Made by a program: the position numbers and the translations under genes. A stretch of DNA of 64,000 bases from the human T2T-CHM13v2.0 reference genome, Homo sapiens, in assembly GCF_009914755.1 (NCBI RefSeq), contig NC_060933.1; one strand, 5' to 3'. The notes below the pieces were generated by a model. It was given only the letters and a program-made list of their open reading frames with translations, was not told where the DNA came from and did not search any database. This document shows, piece after piece, positions 1-13,000 of this stretch; position 1 is the first letter of the stretch; each line of letters opens with the position of its first letter.

Positions 1-1760
1 ATTCCATTCCTTTCCATTCCATTCCACTCGGGTTGATTCCATTCTATTAGTTTCCATTCCATTCCATTCCCTTCCATTCCAATCTGGTTGATTCCATTCC
101 TTTCCATTCCACTCGAATACATTCCCTCCTATTCCACTCAGAACGATTCCATTCCATTCCATTCTATTCCATTCCATTCCATTCCATTCCATTCCAGTTC
201 GTTCCATTCCATTCTATTCCGTACCATTCTATTCCATTCCATTCCTTTCCATTCCATTCCATTCCACTCGTGGTGATTCCATTCCTTTCCATTCCATTCG
301 GTTTGAAGGCATTCCATTCCATTCAATTCCATTCCATTTCATTCCATTCCATTCCATTCCATTCCATTCCATTCCATTGTACTCGAGTTGATTCCATTCC
401 ATTGCATTCGATTCCATTCCATTCCATTCCATTCCGTTGCATTCCATTCCATTACATTCGGATTGATTCTATTCAACTCCCTTACTCTCCATTACATTCC
501 ATTCCATTCAGGTTGTTCCATTCCATTCCATTCCATTCCACTCCATTCCATTGCACTCGGGTTGATTCCATTCCATTCCATTCCATTCCATTCCATTCCG
601 GATGATTCCATTCCATTGCATTCCGTTCCATTACATTCCCCTGCACTCGCGTTGATTCCATTCCATTCCATTCCATTCCATTCCATTCCATTCAATTCCA
701 TTCCATTGCAATTCGTTCCATTCCATTCTATTCCGTACCATTCCATTCCATTCCATACCATTCCATTCCATTCCATTCCATTCCGTTCCGTTCTGTTCCT
801 TTCCATTCCATTCCATTCTATTCGGATTAATTCCATTCCATTCCATTCCATTCCATTCCATTCTATTCCATTCCATTGCAATCGAGTTGTATCCATGGCA
901 TTTCATTCCATTCCATTCCATTCCATTCCATTCCATTCCATTCCATTCCATTCCGGAAGATTCCATTCCATTCCATTCCATTCCACTCGTGTTGATTCCA
1001 TTCCTTTCCATTCCATTCGGTTTGAAGGCATTCCATTCCATTCCATTCCATTCCATTCCATTCCATTCCATTCCATTGTACTCGGGTTGATTCCATTCCA
1101 TTGCATTCCATCCCATTCCATTCCATTCCAATCCGTTGCATTCCATTCCATTACATTCGGATTGATTCTATTCAACTCCCTTACTCTCCATTACATTCCA
1201 TTCCATTCGGGTTGTTCCATACCATTCCATTCCACTCCATTCCATTGCACTCGGGTTGATTCCATTCCTTTCCATTCCATTCCATTCCATTCCGGATGTT
1301 TCCATTCCATTGCATTCCGTTCCATTACATTCCCCTGCACTCGCGTTGATTCCATTCCATTCCATTCCATTCCATTCCATTCCATTCCATTGCATTACAA
1401 TTCGTTCCATTCCATTCTATTCCGTACCATTCCATTCCATTCCATACCATTCCATTCCATTCCATTCCATTCTATTCCATTTCGTTCCATTCCGTTCCAT
1501 TCCATTCCATTCCATTCTATTCGGGTTAATTCCATTCCATTCCATTCCATTCCATTGCATTCCATTCCATTCCAATCTATTCCATTCCATTGCAATCGAG
1601 TTGAATCCATTGCATTTCATTCCATTCCATTCCATTCAATTCCATTGCAATCGAGTTGAATCTATTGCATTTCATTCCATTCCATTCCATTCCATTCCAT
1701 TCCGGAAGATTCCATTCCATTGCATTCCATTACATTCCATTCCCCTGCACTCGCGTTGAT
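1..1760 (-). repeat. Sub-array dialect B (inverted copy, B')
   Basis: Reverse complements of B-diagnostic motifs: ctattagtttcc (~45), actcgaatacattccctcctattcc (~111), gtttgaaggca (301, 1020), caactcccttactctcc (~474, ~1173), gcactcgcgttg (~643, ~1337, ~1747), ttccggaagattcc (951, 1700). Confidence 0.8.
260..1713 (-). repeat. Tandem duplication, unit ~0.72 kb
   Basis: Same motif order twice: gtttgaaggc 301/1020, attacattcggattgattct 451/1150, ttccggaagattcc 951/1700. Confidence 0.75.
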
Positions 1761-4700
1761 TCCATTCCATTCCATTCCATTCCATTGCATTCCATTGCAT
1801 TCCATTCCCCTGCACTCAGGTTGATTCCATTCCATTCCATTCCATTCCATTCCATTCCATTCCATTCTATTCGCGTTAATTCCATTCCACTCCATTCCAT
1901 TACATTCCATTGCAATCGACTTGATTCCATTCCATTCCATTCCATTCCATTCAAGTCCTTTCCATTCCATTCCACTCGTGTTGATTCCATTTTATTAGTT
2001 TCCATTCCATTCCATTCCCTTCCATTCCACTCTGGTTGATTCCATTCCTTTCCATTCCACTCGAATTCATTCCCTTCTATTCCACTCGGAATGATTCCAT
2101 TCTATTCCGTTCCATTCCATTCCATTTCGTTCCATTCCATTTTATTCCGTACCATTCCATTCCATTCCATTCCATTCCATTGCATTCCATTCCATTCCAT
2201 TCCATGCCATTCCACTCGGGTTGATTCCATTGCTTTCCATTCCATTTGGGTTGAATCCATTCCATTCCATTCCATTCCATTCCATTCCATTCCATTCCAT
2301 TCAATTGCACTAGGTTTGATTCCATTCCACTGCATTCCATTCCATTCCATTCCATTCCATTCCATTCCATTCCATTCCCCTGCACTCGGGTTCATTCCAT
2401 TCCATTCCATTTACTTCCATTCCATTCCATTCCATTCCATTCCATTCCATGCCATTCCACTCGCGTTGATTCCATTCCCTTCCATTCCATTAGAGTTGAA
2501 TCCATTCCATTCCATTCCATTCCATTATATTCCATTGCACACGGGTTCATTCCATTCCATTCTATTCCATTCCCTTACATTCCATTTCGTTACATTCCAT
2601 TCTATTCCGTACCATTCCATTCCATTCCATTCCATTCCATTCCACTCCATTCCATGCCATTCCACTCGGGTATATTCCATTCCTTTTAATTCCATTCGGG
2701 TTGAATCCATTCCATTCCATTCCATTCGGTTCCATTACATTGCACTCGGGTTGATTCCATTCCATTCCATTCCATTACATTTCATTCCATTCCATTCCAT
2801 TCCATTTCATTCAATTCCATTCCATTCCATGCCATTCCACTCGTGTTGATTCCATTCCTTTCCATTCCATTCGAGTTGAACCCATTCCATTCCATTCCAT
2901 TCCATTCCATTCCATTCCATTCCGTTCCATTCCATTGCACGCGGGTTCATTCCATTCCATTCCGTTCCATTACATTCCATTCCATTCCATTCCATTCCAT
3001 TACATTCCATTTCGTTCCATTCCATTCTATTCCGTACGATTCCATTGCATTCCATTCCATTCCATTCCTTTCCATTCCATTGAATTCGAGTTGATTCCAT
3101 TCCATTCCGTTCCATTCCATTCCATTCCATTCCGGATGATTCCATTCCACTGCATTCCATTCCATTAAATTCCCCTGCACTTGGAGTGATTCCTTTCCAT
3201 TCTATTCCATTCCATTCCATTCCATTCCATTCCATTCCATTCCATTCCATTTCATTGCAATCGAGTTGATTCCATTGCATTCCATTCCATTCCATTCCAG
3301 TCCTTTCCATTCCATTCCACTCGGGTTGATTCCATTCTATTCCTTTCCATTCCATTCAATTCCATTCCATTCCACTCTGGTTGATACCATTCCTCTTCAT
3401 TCCACTCGAAAACATTCCCTTCTATTCCACTCGGAATGATTCCATTCCATTCCATTCCATTCCATTCCATTCCATTCCATTCCGTTTCGTTCCATTACAT
3501 TCTATTCCGTACCATTCAACTCCATTCCATTCCATTCCATTCCATGCCATTCCTCTCGGGTTGATTCCATTCCTTTCCATTCCATTCGGGTTGAATCCAT
3601 TCCATTCCATTCCTTTCCATTCCATTCCATTCCATTGCACTCGGGTTGATTCCATTCCATTCCATTCCATTCCATTCCATTCCATTTCCTTCCATTCCAT
3701 TCCATTCCATTCCGTTCCATGCCATTCCACTCGGGTTGATTCCATTCCTTTCCATTCCATTCGAGTTGAATCCATTCCATTCCATTATATTCCATTCCAT
3801 TCTATTCCATTCCATTCCTTTCCATTCCATTCAATTCCATTCTATTCCGGTTAATTCCATTCCATTCCATTCCATTCCATTCCATTCCATTTCATTGCAA
3901 TCGAGTTGATTCCATTGCATTCCATTCCATTCCATTCCAGTCCTTTCCATTCCATTCCACTCGGGTTGATTCCATTCTATTCCTTTCCATTACATTCGAT
4001 TGCATTCCATTCCACTCGATTCCATTCCATTCCACTCTGGTTGATTCCATTCCTTTTCATTCCACTCGAAAACATTCCCTTCTATTCCACTCGGAATGAT
4101 TCCATTCCATTCCATTCCATTCCATTCCATTCCATTCCGTTTCGTTCCATTACATTCTATTCCGTACCATTCCACTCCATTCCATTCCATTCCATTCCAT
4201 GCCATTCCTCTCGGGTTGATTCCATTCCTTTCCATTCCATTCGGGTTGAGTCCATTCCATTCCATTCCTTTCCATTCCATTCCATTCCATTGCACTCGGG
4301 TTGATTCCATTCCATTCCATTCCGTTCCATTCCGGATGACTCCATTCCATTGCATTCCATTCCATTCCATTACCCTGCACTCGGTTTCATTACATTCCAT
4401 TCCATTCACTTCCATTCCATTCCATTCCATTCCATTCCATTCCATTCCATTCCATTCCATTCCATTCCATTTCAATCGAGTTGATTCCATTCCATTCCAT
4501 TCCATTCCATTCAATTCCGAATGATGTCATTCCATTGCCTTCCATTCCATTCCATTCCCCTGCACTCGGGTTGATTCCATTCCATTCCATTCCATCCCAT
4601 TCCATTCCATTCCATTCCATTCCATTTCGTTCCATTCCATTCTATTCCGTACCATTCCATTCCATTCCATTCCATTCCCTTCCATTCCATTCCATTTCCT

Positions 4701-6988
4701 TCCATTCCATTCCATTCCATTCCATTCCATTCCATTCCATTCCATTCTATTAGGGTTAATTCCATTCCATTCCATTCCATTCCATGCCATTCCACTCGGG
4801 TTGATTCCATTCCTTTCCATTCCATTCGAGTTGAATCCATTCCATTCCATTCCATTCCATTCCATTCCATTGCACACGGGTTCATTTCATTCCATTCCAT
4901 TCCATTCCATTTCGTTCCATTCCATTCTATTCCATACCATTCCATTCCATTCCATTCCATTAGACTCCATTCCATGCCATTCCACTCGGTTTTATTCCAT
5001 TCGTTTCCATTCCATTCGGGTTGAATCCATTGCATTCCATTCCATTCGATTCCATTACATTGCACTCGTGTTGTTTCCATTCCATTCCATTCCATTCCAT
5101 TCCATTCCATTCCATTCCATTCCATGCCAATCCACTCGGGTTGATTCCATTCCTTTCCATTCCATTCGAGTTGAATCCATTCCAATCCATTCCATTCCAT
5201 TCGATTCCATTCCATTGCACACGGGTTCATTCCATTCTATTCCATTCCATTCCATTCCATTCCATTCCATTTCGTTCCATTCCATTCTATTCCGTACCAT
5301 TCCATTCCATTCCATTCCATTCCATTCCACTCCACTTCATGCCATTCCACTCGGGTTTATTCCATTCCTTTCCATTCCATTCGGGTTGAATCCATTCCAT
5401 TCCATTCCATTCCATTCGATTCCATTACTTTGCACTCGGGTTGATTCCATTCCATTCCATTCCATTCCATTCCACTCCATTCCATGCCATTCCACGCGGG
5501 TTTATTCCATTCCTTTCCATTCCATTCGTGTTGAATCCATTCCATTCCATTCCATTCCATTCGATTCCATTACACTGCACTCGTGTTGATTCCATTCCAT
5601 TCCGTTCCATTCCATTCCATTCCATTCCATTTCATTCCATTCCATTCTATTCTGTACCATTCCATTCCATTCCATTCCATTCCATTCCATGCCATTCCAC
5701 TCGGGTTGATTCCATTGCTTTCCATTCCATTTGAGTTGAATCCAATCCATTCCATTCCATTCCATTCCATTCCATTCCATTCCATTCCATTGCACTAGGT
5801 TTGATTCCATTCCACTGCATTCCATTCCATTCCCTTCCGTTCCATTCCATTCCATTACATTCGGATTGATTGTATTCAATTCCCTTACACTCCATTACAT
5901 TCCATTCCATTCGGGTTGTTTCCATTCCATTACATTCCATTCCACTCCATTCCATTGCACTCAGGTTGATTCCATTCCATTCCATTCCATTCCATTCCAT
6001 TTCGTTCCTTTGCACTCGGGTTGATTCCATTCCATTCCCTGCCATTCCATTTCATTCCATTCCATTCCATTCCATTCCATTCCATTCCATTCCATTCCAT
6101 TCCTCTGCATTCTATTGCACTCGGGTTGATTGATTCCATTCCATTGCATTCCATTCCATTCCATTCGATTCCATTCCATTCTGTTCAGGTTAATTCCATT
6201 CCATTCCATTCCCTTCCATTCCATTCCATTCCATTCCATCCCATTGCAATCGAGGTGATTCCATTGCATTCCATTCCATTCCATTCCATTGCATTCCATT
6301 CCATTGCATTCCCCTGCACTCAGATTGATTCCATTCCATTCCTTTCCATTCCATTCCGTTCCATTCCTTTCCATTCCATTCTATTTGCGTTAATTCCGTT
6401 CCATTCCATTCCATTACATTCCTTTGCAATCGAGTTGATTCCATTCCATTCCGTTCCATTCCATTCCATTCCATTCCATTCCATTCCATTCCATGCCATT
6501 CCACTCGGGTTGATTCCATTCCTTTCCATTCCATTCGAGTTGAATCCATTCCATTCCATTCTATTCCATTCGATTCCATTCCATTGCTCACGTGTTCATT
6601 CCATTCCATTCCATTCCATTCCATTCCATTCCATTCCATTTCGTTCCATTCCATTCTCTTCCGTAGTATTCCATTCCATTCCATTCCACTCCATTCCATG
6701 CCATTTCACTCGGGTTTATTCCATTCCTTTCCATTCCATTCGGGTTGAATTCATTCCATTCCATTCCATTCCATTCCATTCAATTCCATTACATTGCACT
6801 CGGGTTGATTCCATTCCATTCCATTCCATTTCAATCCATTCCCTTCCATTCCATTTCTTTCCATTCCATTCCATTCCATTCCATTCCATTCCATTCCATG
6901 CCATTCCACTCGGGTTGATTCCATTCCTTTCCATTCCATTCTAGTTGAACCCATTCCATTCCATTCCATTCCATTCCATTGCACACGG
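1761..6988 (-). repeat. Sub-array dialect A (inverted copy, A')
   Basis: Reverse complements of A motifs: gccattccactcggg, gcacacgggttcat, gcactaggtttgat (~2308, ~5792), ctgttcaggttaat (6181), tcggattgattgtattcaattcccttacac (5861). Confidence 0.8.
3251..4310 (-). repeat. Duplicated ~0.4-kb block at ~0.65-kb offset
   Basis: ttcattgcaatcgag 3251/3891; tccactcgaaaacattcccttctatt 3401/4061; private variant tcctctcggg 3551/4206. Confidence 0.75.
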
Positions 6989-7005
6989 AATGGAATGGAA
7001 TGGAA
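6964..7005. other. Inversion breakpoint / strand-switch junction forming a 17-bp perfect inverted repeat with an 8-nt spacer
   Basis: ttccattccattccatt(6964-6980)-gcacacgg(6981-6988)-aatggaatggaatggaa(6989-7005). The GG at 6987-6988 can belong to either arm. Confidence 0.93.
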
Positions 7006-9935
7006 ACAACCCGAATGGAATGGAATGTAATGGAGTGTAAGGGAATTGAATACAATCAATCCGAATGTAATGGAATGGAATGGAACGGAATGGAATGGAA
7101 TGGAATGCAGTGGAATGGAATCAAACCTAGTGCAATGGAATGGAATGGAATGGAATGGAATGGAAGGGATTGGATTCAACCCAAATGAAATGGAAAGCAA
7201 TGGAATCAACCCGAGTGGAATGGCACGGAATGGAATGGAATGGAATGGAATGGAATGGAATGGTACAGAATAGAATGGAATGGAACGAAATGGAATGGAA
7301 TGGAATGGAATGGAACGGAATGGAATGGAATCAACTCGATTGCAATGGAATGTAATGTAATGGAATGGAATGGAATTAACGCGAATAGAATGGAATGGAA
7401 TGTAATGGAACGGAATGGAATGGAATGGGATGGAATGGAATCAATCTGAGTGCAGGGGAATGGAATGGAATGGAATGCAATGGAATGGAATGCAATGGAA
7501 TGGAATGCAATGGAATCAACTAGATAGCAATGGGATGGAATGGAATGGAATGGAATGGAAGGCAATGGAATGGAATGGAATTAACCTGAACAGAATGGAA
7601 TGGAATGGAATGGAACGGAATGGAATGGAATGGAATGGAATGGAATGGAATGGATTCAAACCGAATGGAATGGAAAGGAATGGAATAAACCCGAGTGAAA
7701 TGGCTTGGAAGGGAATGGAATGGAATGGAATGGTACGGAGTAGAATGGAATGGAACGAAATGGAATGGAATGGAATGGAATGGAATGGAATGGAATGGAA
7801 TGGAATGAACCCGTGAGCAATGGAATGGAATGGAATGGAATGGAATGGAATGGAAGGGAATGGAATGGGTTCAATTCGAATGGAATGGAAAGGAATGGAA
7901 TCAACCCGAGTGCAATGGCATGGAATGGAATGGAATGGAATGGAATGGAATGGATTCAACCCGAATGGAATGGAAAGGAATGGAATAAACCCGAGTGGAA
8001 TGGCATGGAATGGAGTGGAATGGAATGGAATGGAATGGAATGGAATGGAATGGAATGGAATTAACCCTAATAGAATGGAATGGAATGGAATGGAATGGAA
8101 TGGAATGGAATGGAATGGAATGGAATGGAATGGAATGGAATGGAATTAACACGAATAGAATGGAATGGAATGGAATGGAATGGAATGGAATGGAATCAAC
8201 TCGATTTCCTTGGAATGGAATGGAATGGAATGGAATGGAATGGAAGGGAATGGAATGAAATTAACCCGAATAGAATGCAATGGAATGGAATGGAATGGAA
8301 TGGAATGGAATGGAATGGAATAGAATGGAATCCAACCGAGTGCAGTGGAATGGAATGGAATGGAATGCAATGGAATGGAATCATACGGAATGGAATGGAA
8401 TGGAATGGAATGAAATGGAATGGAATGCAATGGAATGGAATGGAATCAACCCGATTGCAATGGAATGGAGTGGAATGGAATGGAATGGAATGGAAACAAC
8501 CCGAATGGAATGGAATGTAATGGAGAGTAAGGGAATTGAATAGAATCAATACGAATGTAATGGAATGGAATGGAACGGAATGGAATGCAATGGAATGGAA
8601 TGGAATGCAATGGAATGGGATCAACCCGAGTGAAATGGAATGGAATCGAAAGGAATGGAATGGAATGGAATGGTTTCAACCAGAATGGAATGGAAAGGAA
8701 TGGAATCAACCCGAGTGGAACGGAATGGAGTGGAATGGAATGGAATGGAATGGAATGGAATGGGTTCAACTCGAATGGAATGGAAAAGAATGGAATCAAC
8801 CCGAGTGGAATGGCATGGAATGGAATGGAATGGAATGGAATGGAATGGAATGGAATGGATTCAACCCGAATGGAATGGAAGGGAATGGAATAAACCCGAG
8901 TGGAATGGCATGGAATGGAGTGGAATGGAATTGAATGGAAGGGAATGGTACGGAATAGAATGGAATGGAACGGAATGGAATGGAATGGAATGGAATGGAA
9001 TGAACCCGTGTGCAATTGAATGGAATCGAATGGAATGGAATGCAATGGAATGGATTCAACTAGAATGGAATGGAAAGGAATGGAATCAACCCGAGTGGAA
9101 TGGCATGGCATGGAATGGAATGGAATGGAATGGAAAGGAATGGTACGGAATAGAATGGAATGGAACGAAATGGAATGGAATGGAATGGAATGGAATGGAA
9201 TGGAATAGAATGGAATGGAATAGAATGGAATCCACCCGATTGCAGGGGAATGGAATGGAATGGAATGGAATGGAATGGAATGGAATGGAATGGATTCAAC
9301 CCGAATGGAATGGAAAGGAATGGAATCAACCCGAGTGGATTGGCATGGAATGGAATGGAATGGAATGGAATGGTAGGGAATAGAATGGAATGGAACGAAA
9401 TGGAATGGAATGGAATGGAATGGAATGGAATGGAATGTAATGGAATGGAATCAACCTGAGTGCAATGGAATGGAGTGGAAGGGAATGTAATGGAACGGAA
9501 ACAACACGAATGTAATGGAATGTAATGGAGTGTAAGGGAATTGAATACAATCAATCCGAATGTAATGGAATGGAATGGAATGGAATGGAATGGAATGCAA
9601 TGGAATGGAATGGAATGGAATGGAATGGAATGGAATAAAATGGAATGGCAGGGAATGGAATGGAATCAACCCGAGTGCAATGGAATGGAATGGAATGGAA
9701 TGGAATGGAATGGAATGGAATGGATTCAACCCGAATGGAATGGAAAGGAATGGAATAAACCCGAGTGGAATGGCATGGAATGGAATGGAATGGAATAGAA
9801 TGGTACGGAATAGAATGGAATGGAACGAAATGGAATGGAATGGAATGGAATGGAATGGAATGGAATGGAATCAACCTGAGTGCAATGGAATGGAATGGAA
9901 TGGAATGGAATGGAATGGAATGGAATGGAAACAAC

Positions 9936-10033
9936 CCGAATGGAATGGAATGTAATGGAGTGTAATGAATTGAATACAATCAATCCGAATGGAATGGAAT
10001 GTAATGGAGTGTAAGGAATTGAATACAATCAAT
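9936..10033 (+). repeat. 49-bp tandem duplication
   Basis: ccgaatggaatggaatgtaatggagtgtaa(t/g)gaattgaatacaatcaat twice; ccg at 9936, 9985 and 10034. Confidence 0.85.
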
Positions 10034-13000
10034 CCGAATGTAATGGAATGGAATGGAACGGAATGGAATGGAATGGAATGCAGTGGAATGGAATCAAACC
10101 TAGTGCAATGGAATGGAATGGAATGGAATGCAATGGAATGGATTGGATTCAACCCAAATGGAATGGAAAGCAATAGAATCAACCCGAGTGGAATGGCATG
10201 GAATGGAATGGAATGGAATGGAATGGAATGGAATGGAATGGTACGGAATAGAATGGAATGGAACGAAATGGAATGGAATGGAATGGAATGGAACGGAATG
10301 GAATGGAATCAACTCGATTGCAATGGAATGTAATGGAATGGAATGGAATTAACGCGAATAGAATGGAATGGAATGGAATGGAACGGAATTGAATGGAATG
10401 GGATGGAATGGAATCAATCTGAGTGCAGGGGAATGGAATGGAATGGAATGCAATGGAATGGAATGGAATGGAATGGAATGCAATGGAATCAACTCGATTG
10501 CAATTGGATGGGATGTAATGGAATGGAATGGAATGGAAGGGAATGGAATGGAATGGAATTAACCTGAACAGAATGGAATGGAATGGAATGGAACGGAATG
10601 GAATGGAAACAACCCGAATGGAATGGAATGTAATGGAGTGTAAGGGAATTGAATAGAATCAATACGAATGTAATGGAATGGAATGGAACGGAATGGAATG
10701 GAATGGAATGGAATGCAATGCAATGGAATGGGATCAACCCGAGTGTAATGGAATGGAATCGAAAGGAATGGAATGGAATGGAATGGTTTCAACCCGAATG
10801 GAATGGAAAGGAATGGAATCATCCAGAGTGGAATGGAATGGAATGGAATGGAATGGAATGGAATGGAATGGAATGGAATGAACCCGTGTGCAATGGAATG
10901 GAATCGAATGGAATGGAATGGAATGGAATGGATTCAAGTCGAATGGAATGGAAAGGAATGGAATCAACCCGAGTGGAATGGCATGGAATGGAATGGAATG
11001 AAATGGAATGGAATGGAATGGAATGGTACGGAATAGAACGGAATGAAACGAAATGGAATGGAATGGAATGGAATGGAAAGGAATGGAATGGAATCAACCC
11101 GAGTGCAGGGGAATGGAATGGAATGGAAGGCAATGGAATGCAATCATCCGGAATTGAATGGAATGGAATGGAATGGAATGGAATCAACTCGATTGCAATG
11201 GAATGTAATGGAATGCAATGGAATGGAATTAACCCTAATAGAATGGAATGGAATGGAATGGAAGGGAATGGAATGGAATGGAATGGAATGGAATGGAATT
11301 AACCGGAATAGGATGCAATGGAATGGAATGGAATGGAATGGAATGGAATGGAATGAAATGGAATCAAGTCGATTTCAATGGAATGGAATGGAATGCAATG
11401 GAATGGAATGGAATGGAATGGAATGAAATTAACCCGAATAGAATGGAATGGAATGGAATGGAATGGAATAGAATGGAATGGAATAGAGTGGAATGGAATG
11501 GAATGGAATAGAATGGAATCCACCCGAGTGCAGGGGAATGGAATGGAATGGAATGCAATGGAATGGAATCATACGGAATGGAATGGAATGGAATGGAATG
11601 GAATCAACCCGATTGCAATGGAATGGAGTGGAATGGAATGGAATGGAATGGAAACAACCCGAATGGAATGGAATGGAATGGAGTGTAAGGGAATTGAATA
11701 GAATCAATACGAATGTAATGGAATGGAATGGAGTGTAAGGGAAGTGAATAGAATCAATACGAATGTAATGGAATGGAATGGAACGGAATGGAATGCAATG
11801 GAATGGAATGGAATCCAATGGAATGGGTTCAACCCGAGTGCAATGGAATGGAATCGAAAGTAATGGAATGGAATGGAATGGATTCAACACGAATGGAATG
11901 GAAAGGAATGGAATCAACCCGAGTGGAATGGAATTTAATGGAATGGAATGGAATGGAATGCAGTGAAATGGAATCAAACCTAGTGCAATGGAATGGAATG
12001 GAATTGAATGGAATGGAATGGATTAGATTCAACCCAAATGGAATGGAAAGCAATGGAATCAACCCGAGTGGAATGGCATGGCATGGAATGGAATGGAATG
12101 GAATGGAATGGAAAGGTACGGAATAGAATGGAATGGAACGAAATGGAATGGAATGGGATGGAATGGAATGGAATGGAATGGAATGGAATAGAATGGAATC
12201 CACCCGATTACAGGGGAATGGAATGGAATGGAATGCAATGGAATGGAATGGAATGGATTCAACCCGAATGGAATGGAAAGGAAAGGAATAAACCCGAGTG
12301 AAATGGCATGGAAGGGAATGGAATGGAATGCAATGGTACGGAGTAGAATGGAATGGAACGAAATGGAATGGAATGCAATGGAATGGCATGGAATTGGATG
12401 GAATGAACCCGTGAGCAATGGAATGGAATGGAATGGAATGCAATGGAATGGAATGGAATGGGTTCAACTCGAATGGAATGGAAAGGAATGGAATCAACCC
12501 GAGTGGAATGGCATGGAATGGAATGGAATGGAATGGAATTGAATGGAATGGAATGGATTCAACCCGAATGGAATGGATTCAACCCGAATGGAATGGAAAG
12601 GAACGGAATAAACCCGAGTGGAATGGCATGGAATGGAGTGGAATGGAATGGAATGGAAGGGAATGGTATGGAATAGAATGGAATGGAACGAAATGGAATG
12701 GAATGGAATGGAATGGAATGGAATGGAATGGAATGGAATGAACCCGTGTGCAATTGAATGGAATCGAATGGAATGGAATGCAATGGAATGGATTCAACTA
12801 GAATGGAATGGAAAGGAATGGAATCAACCCGAGTGGAATGGCATGGCATGGAATGGAATGGAATGGAATGGAATGGAAAGGTATGGAATAGAATGGAATG
12901 GAACGAAATGGAATGGAATGGAATGGAATGAATGGAATGGAATGGAATAGAATGGAATCCACCCGATTGCAGGGGAATGGAATGGAACGGAATGCAATGG

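Larger units (their letters stand above)
1..6988 (-). repeat. Left arm: satellite with CATTC on the + strand (G-rich strand is minus)
   Basis: (attcc)n with reverse-complement motifs such as actcgggttg, aatcgagttg and attcgggtta up to ...ccattgcacacgg at 6976-6988. Confidence 0.97.

Noticed and set aside
131-150. Shared variant cgttctgag linking positions ~131-150 specifically to 54751-54770
   Set aside because: It is a single CpG>TpG change that could easily be convergent; the neighbouring variants match ~50160-50440 better.
6981-6988. Transposon remnant or target-site duplication at the inversion
   Set aside because: gcacacgg is fully explained as a truncated native satellite motif (gcacacgggttcat), with no foreign bases.
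5585-8400. Library fold-back (palindromic read) artefact as the cause of the strand switch
   Set aside because: The arms are not colinear reverse complements: modules are permuted and diverged. Read-level confirmation is still needed.
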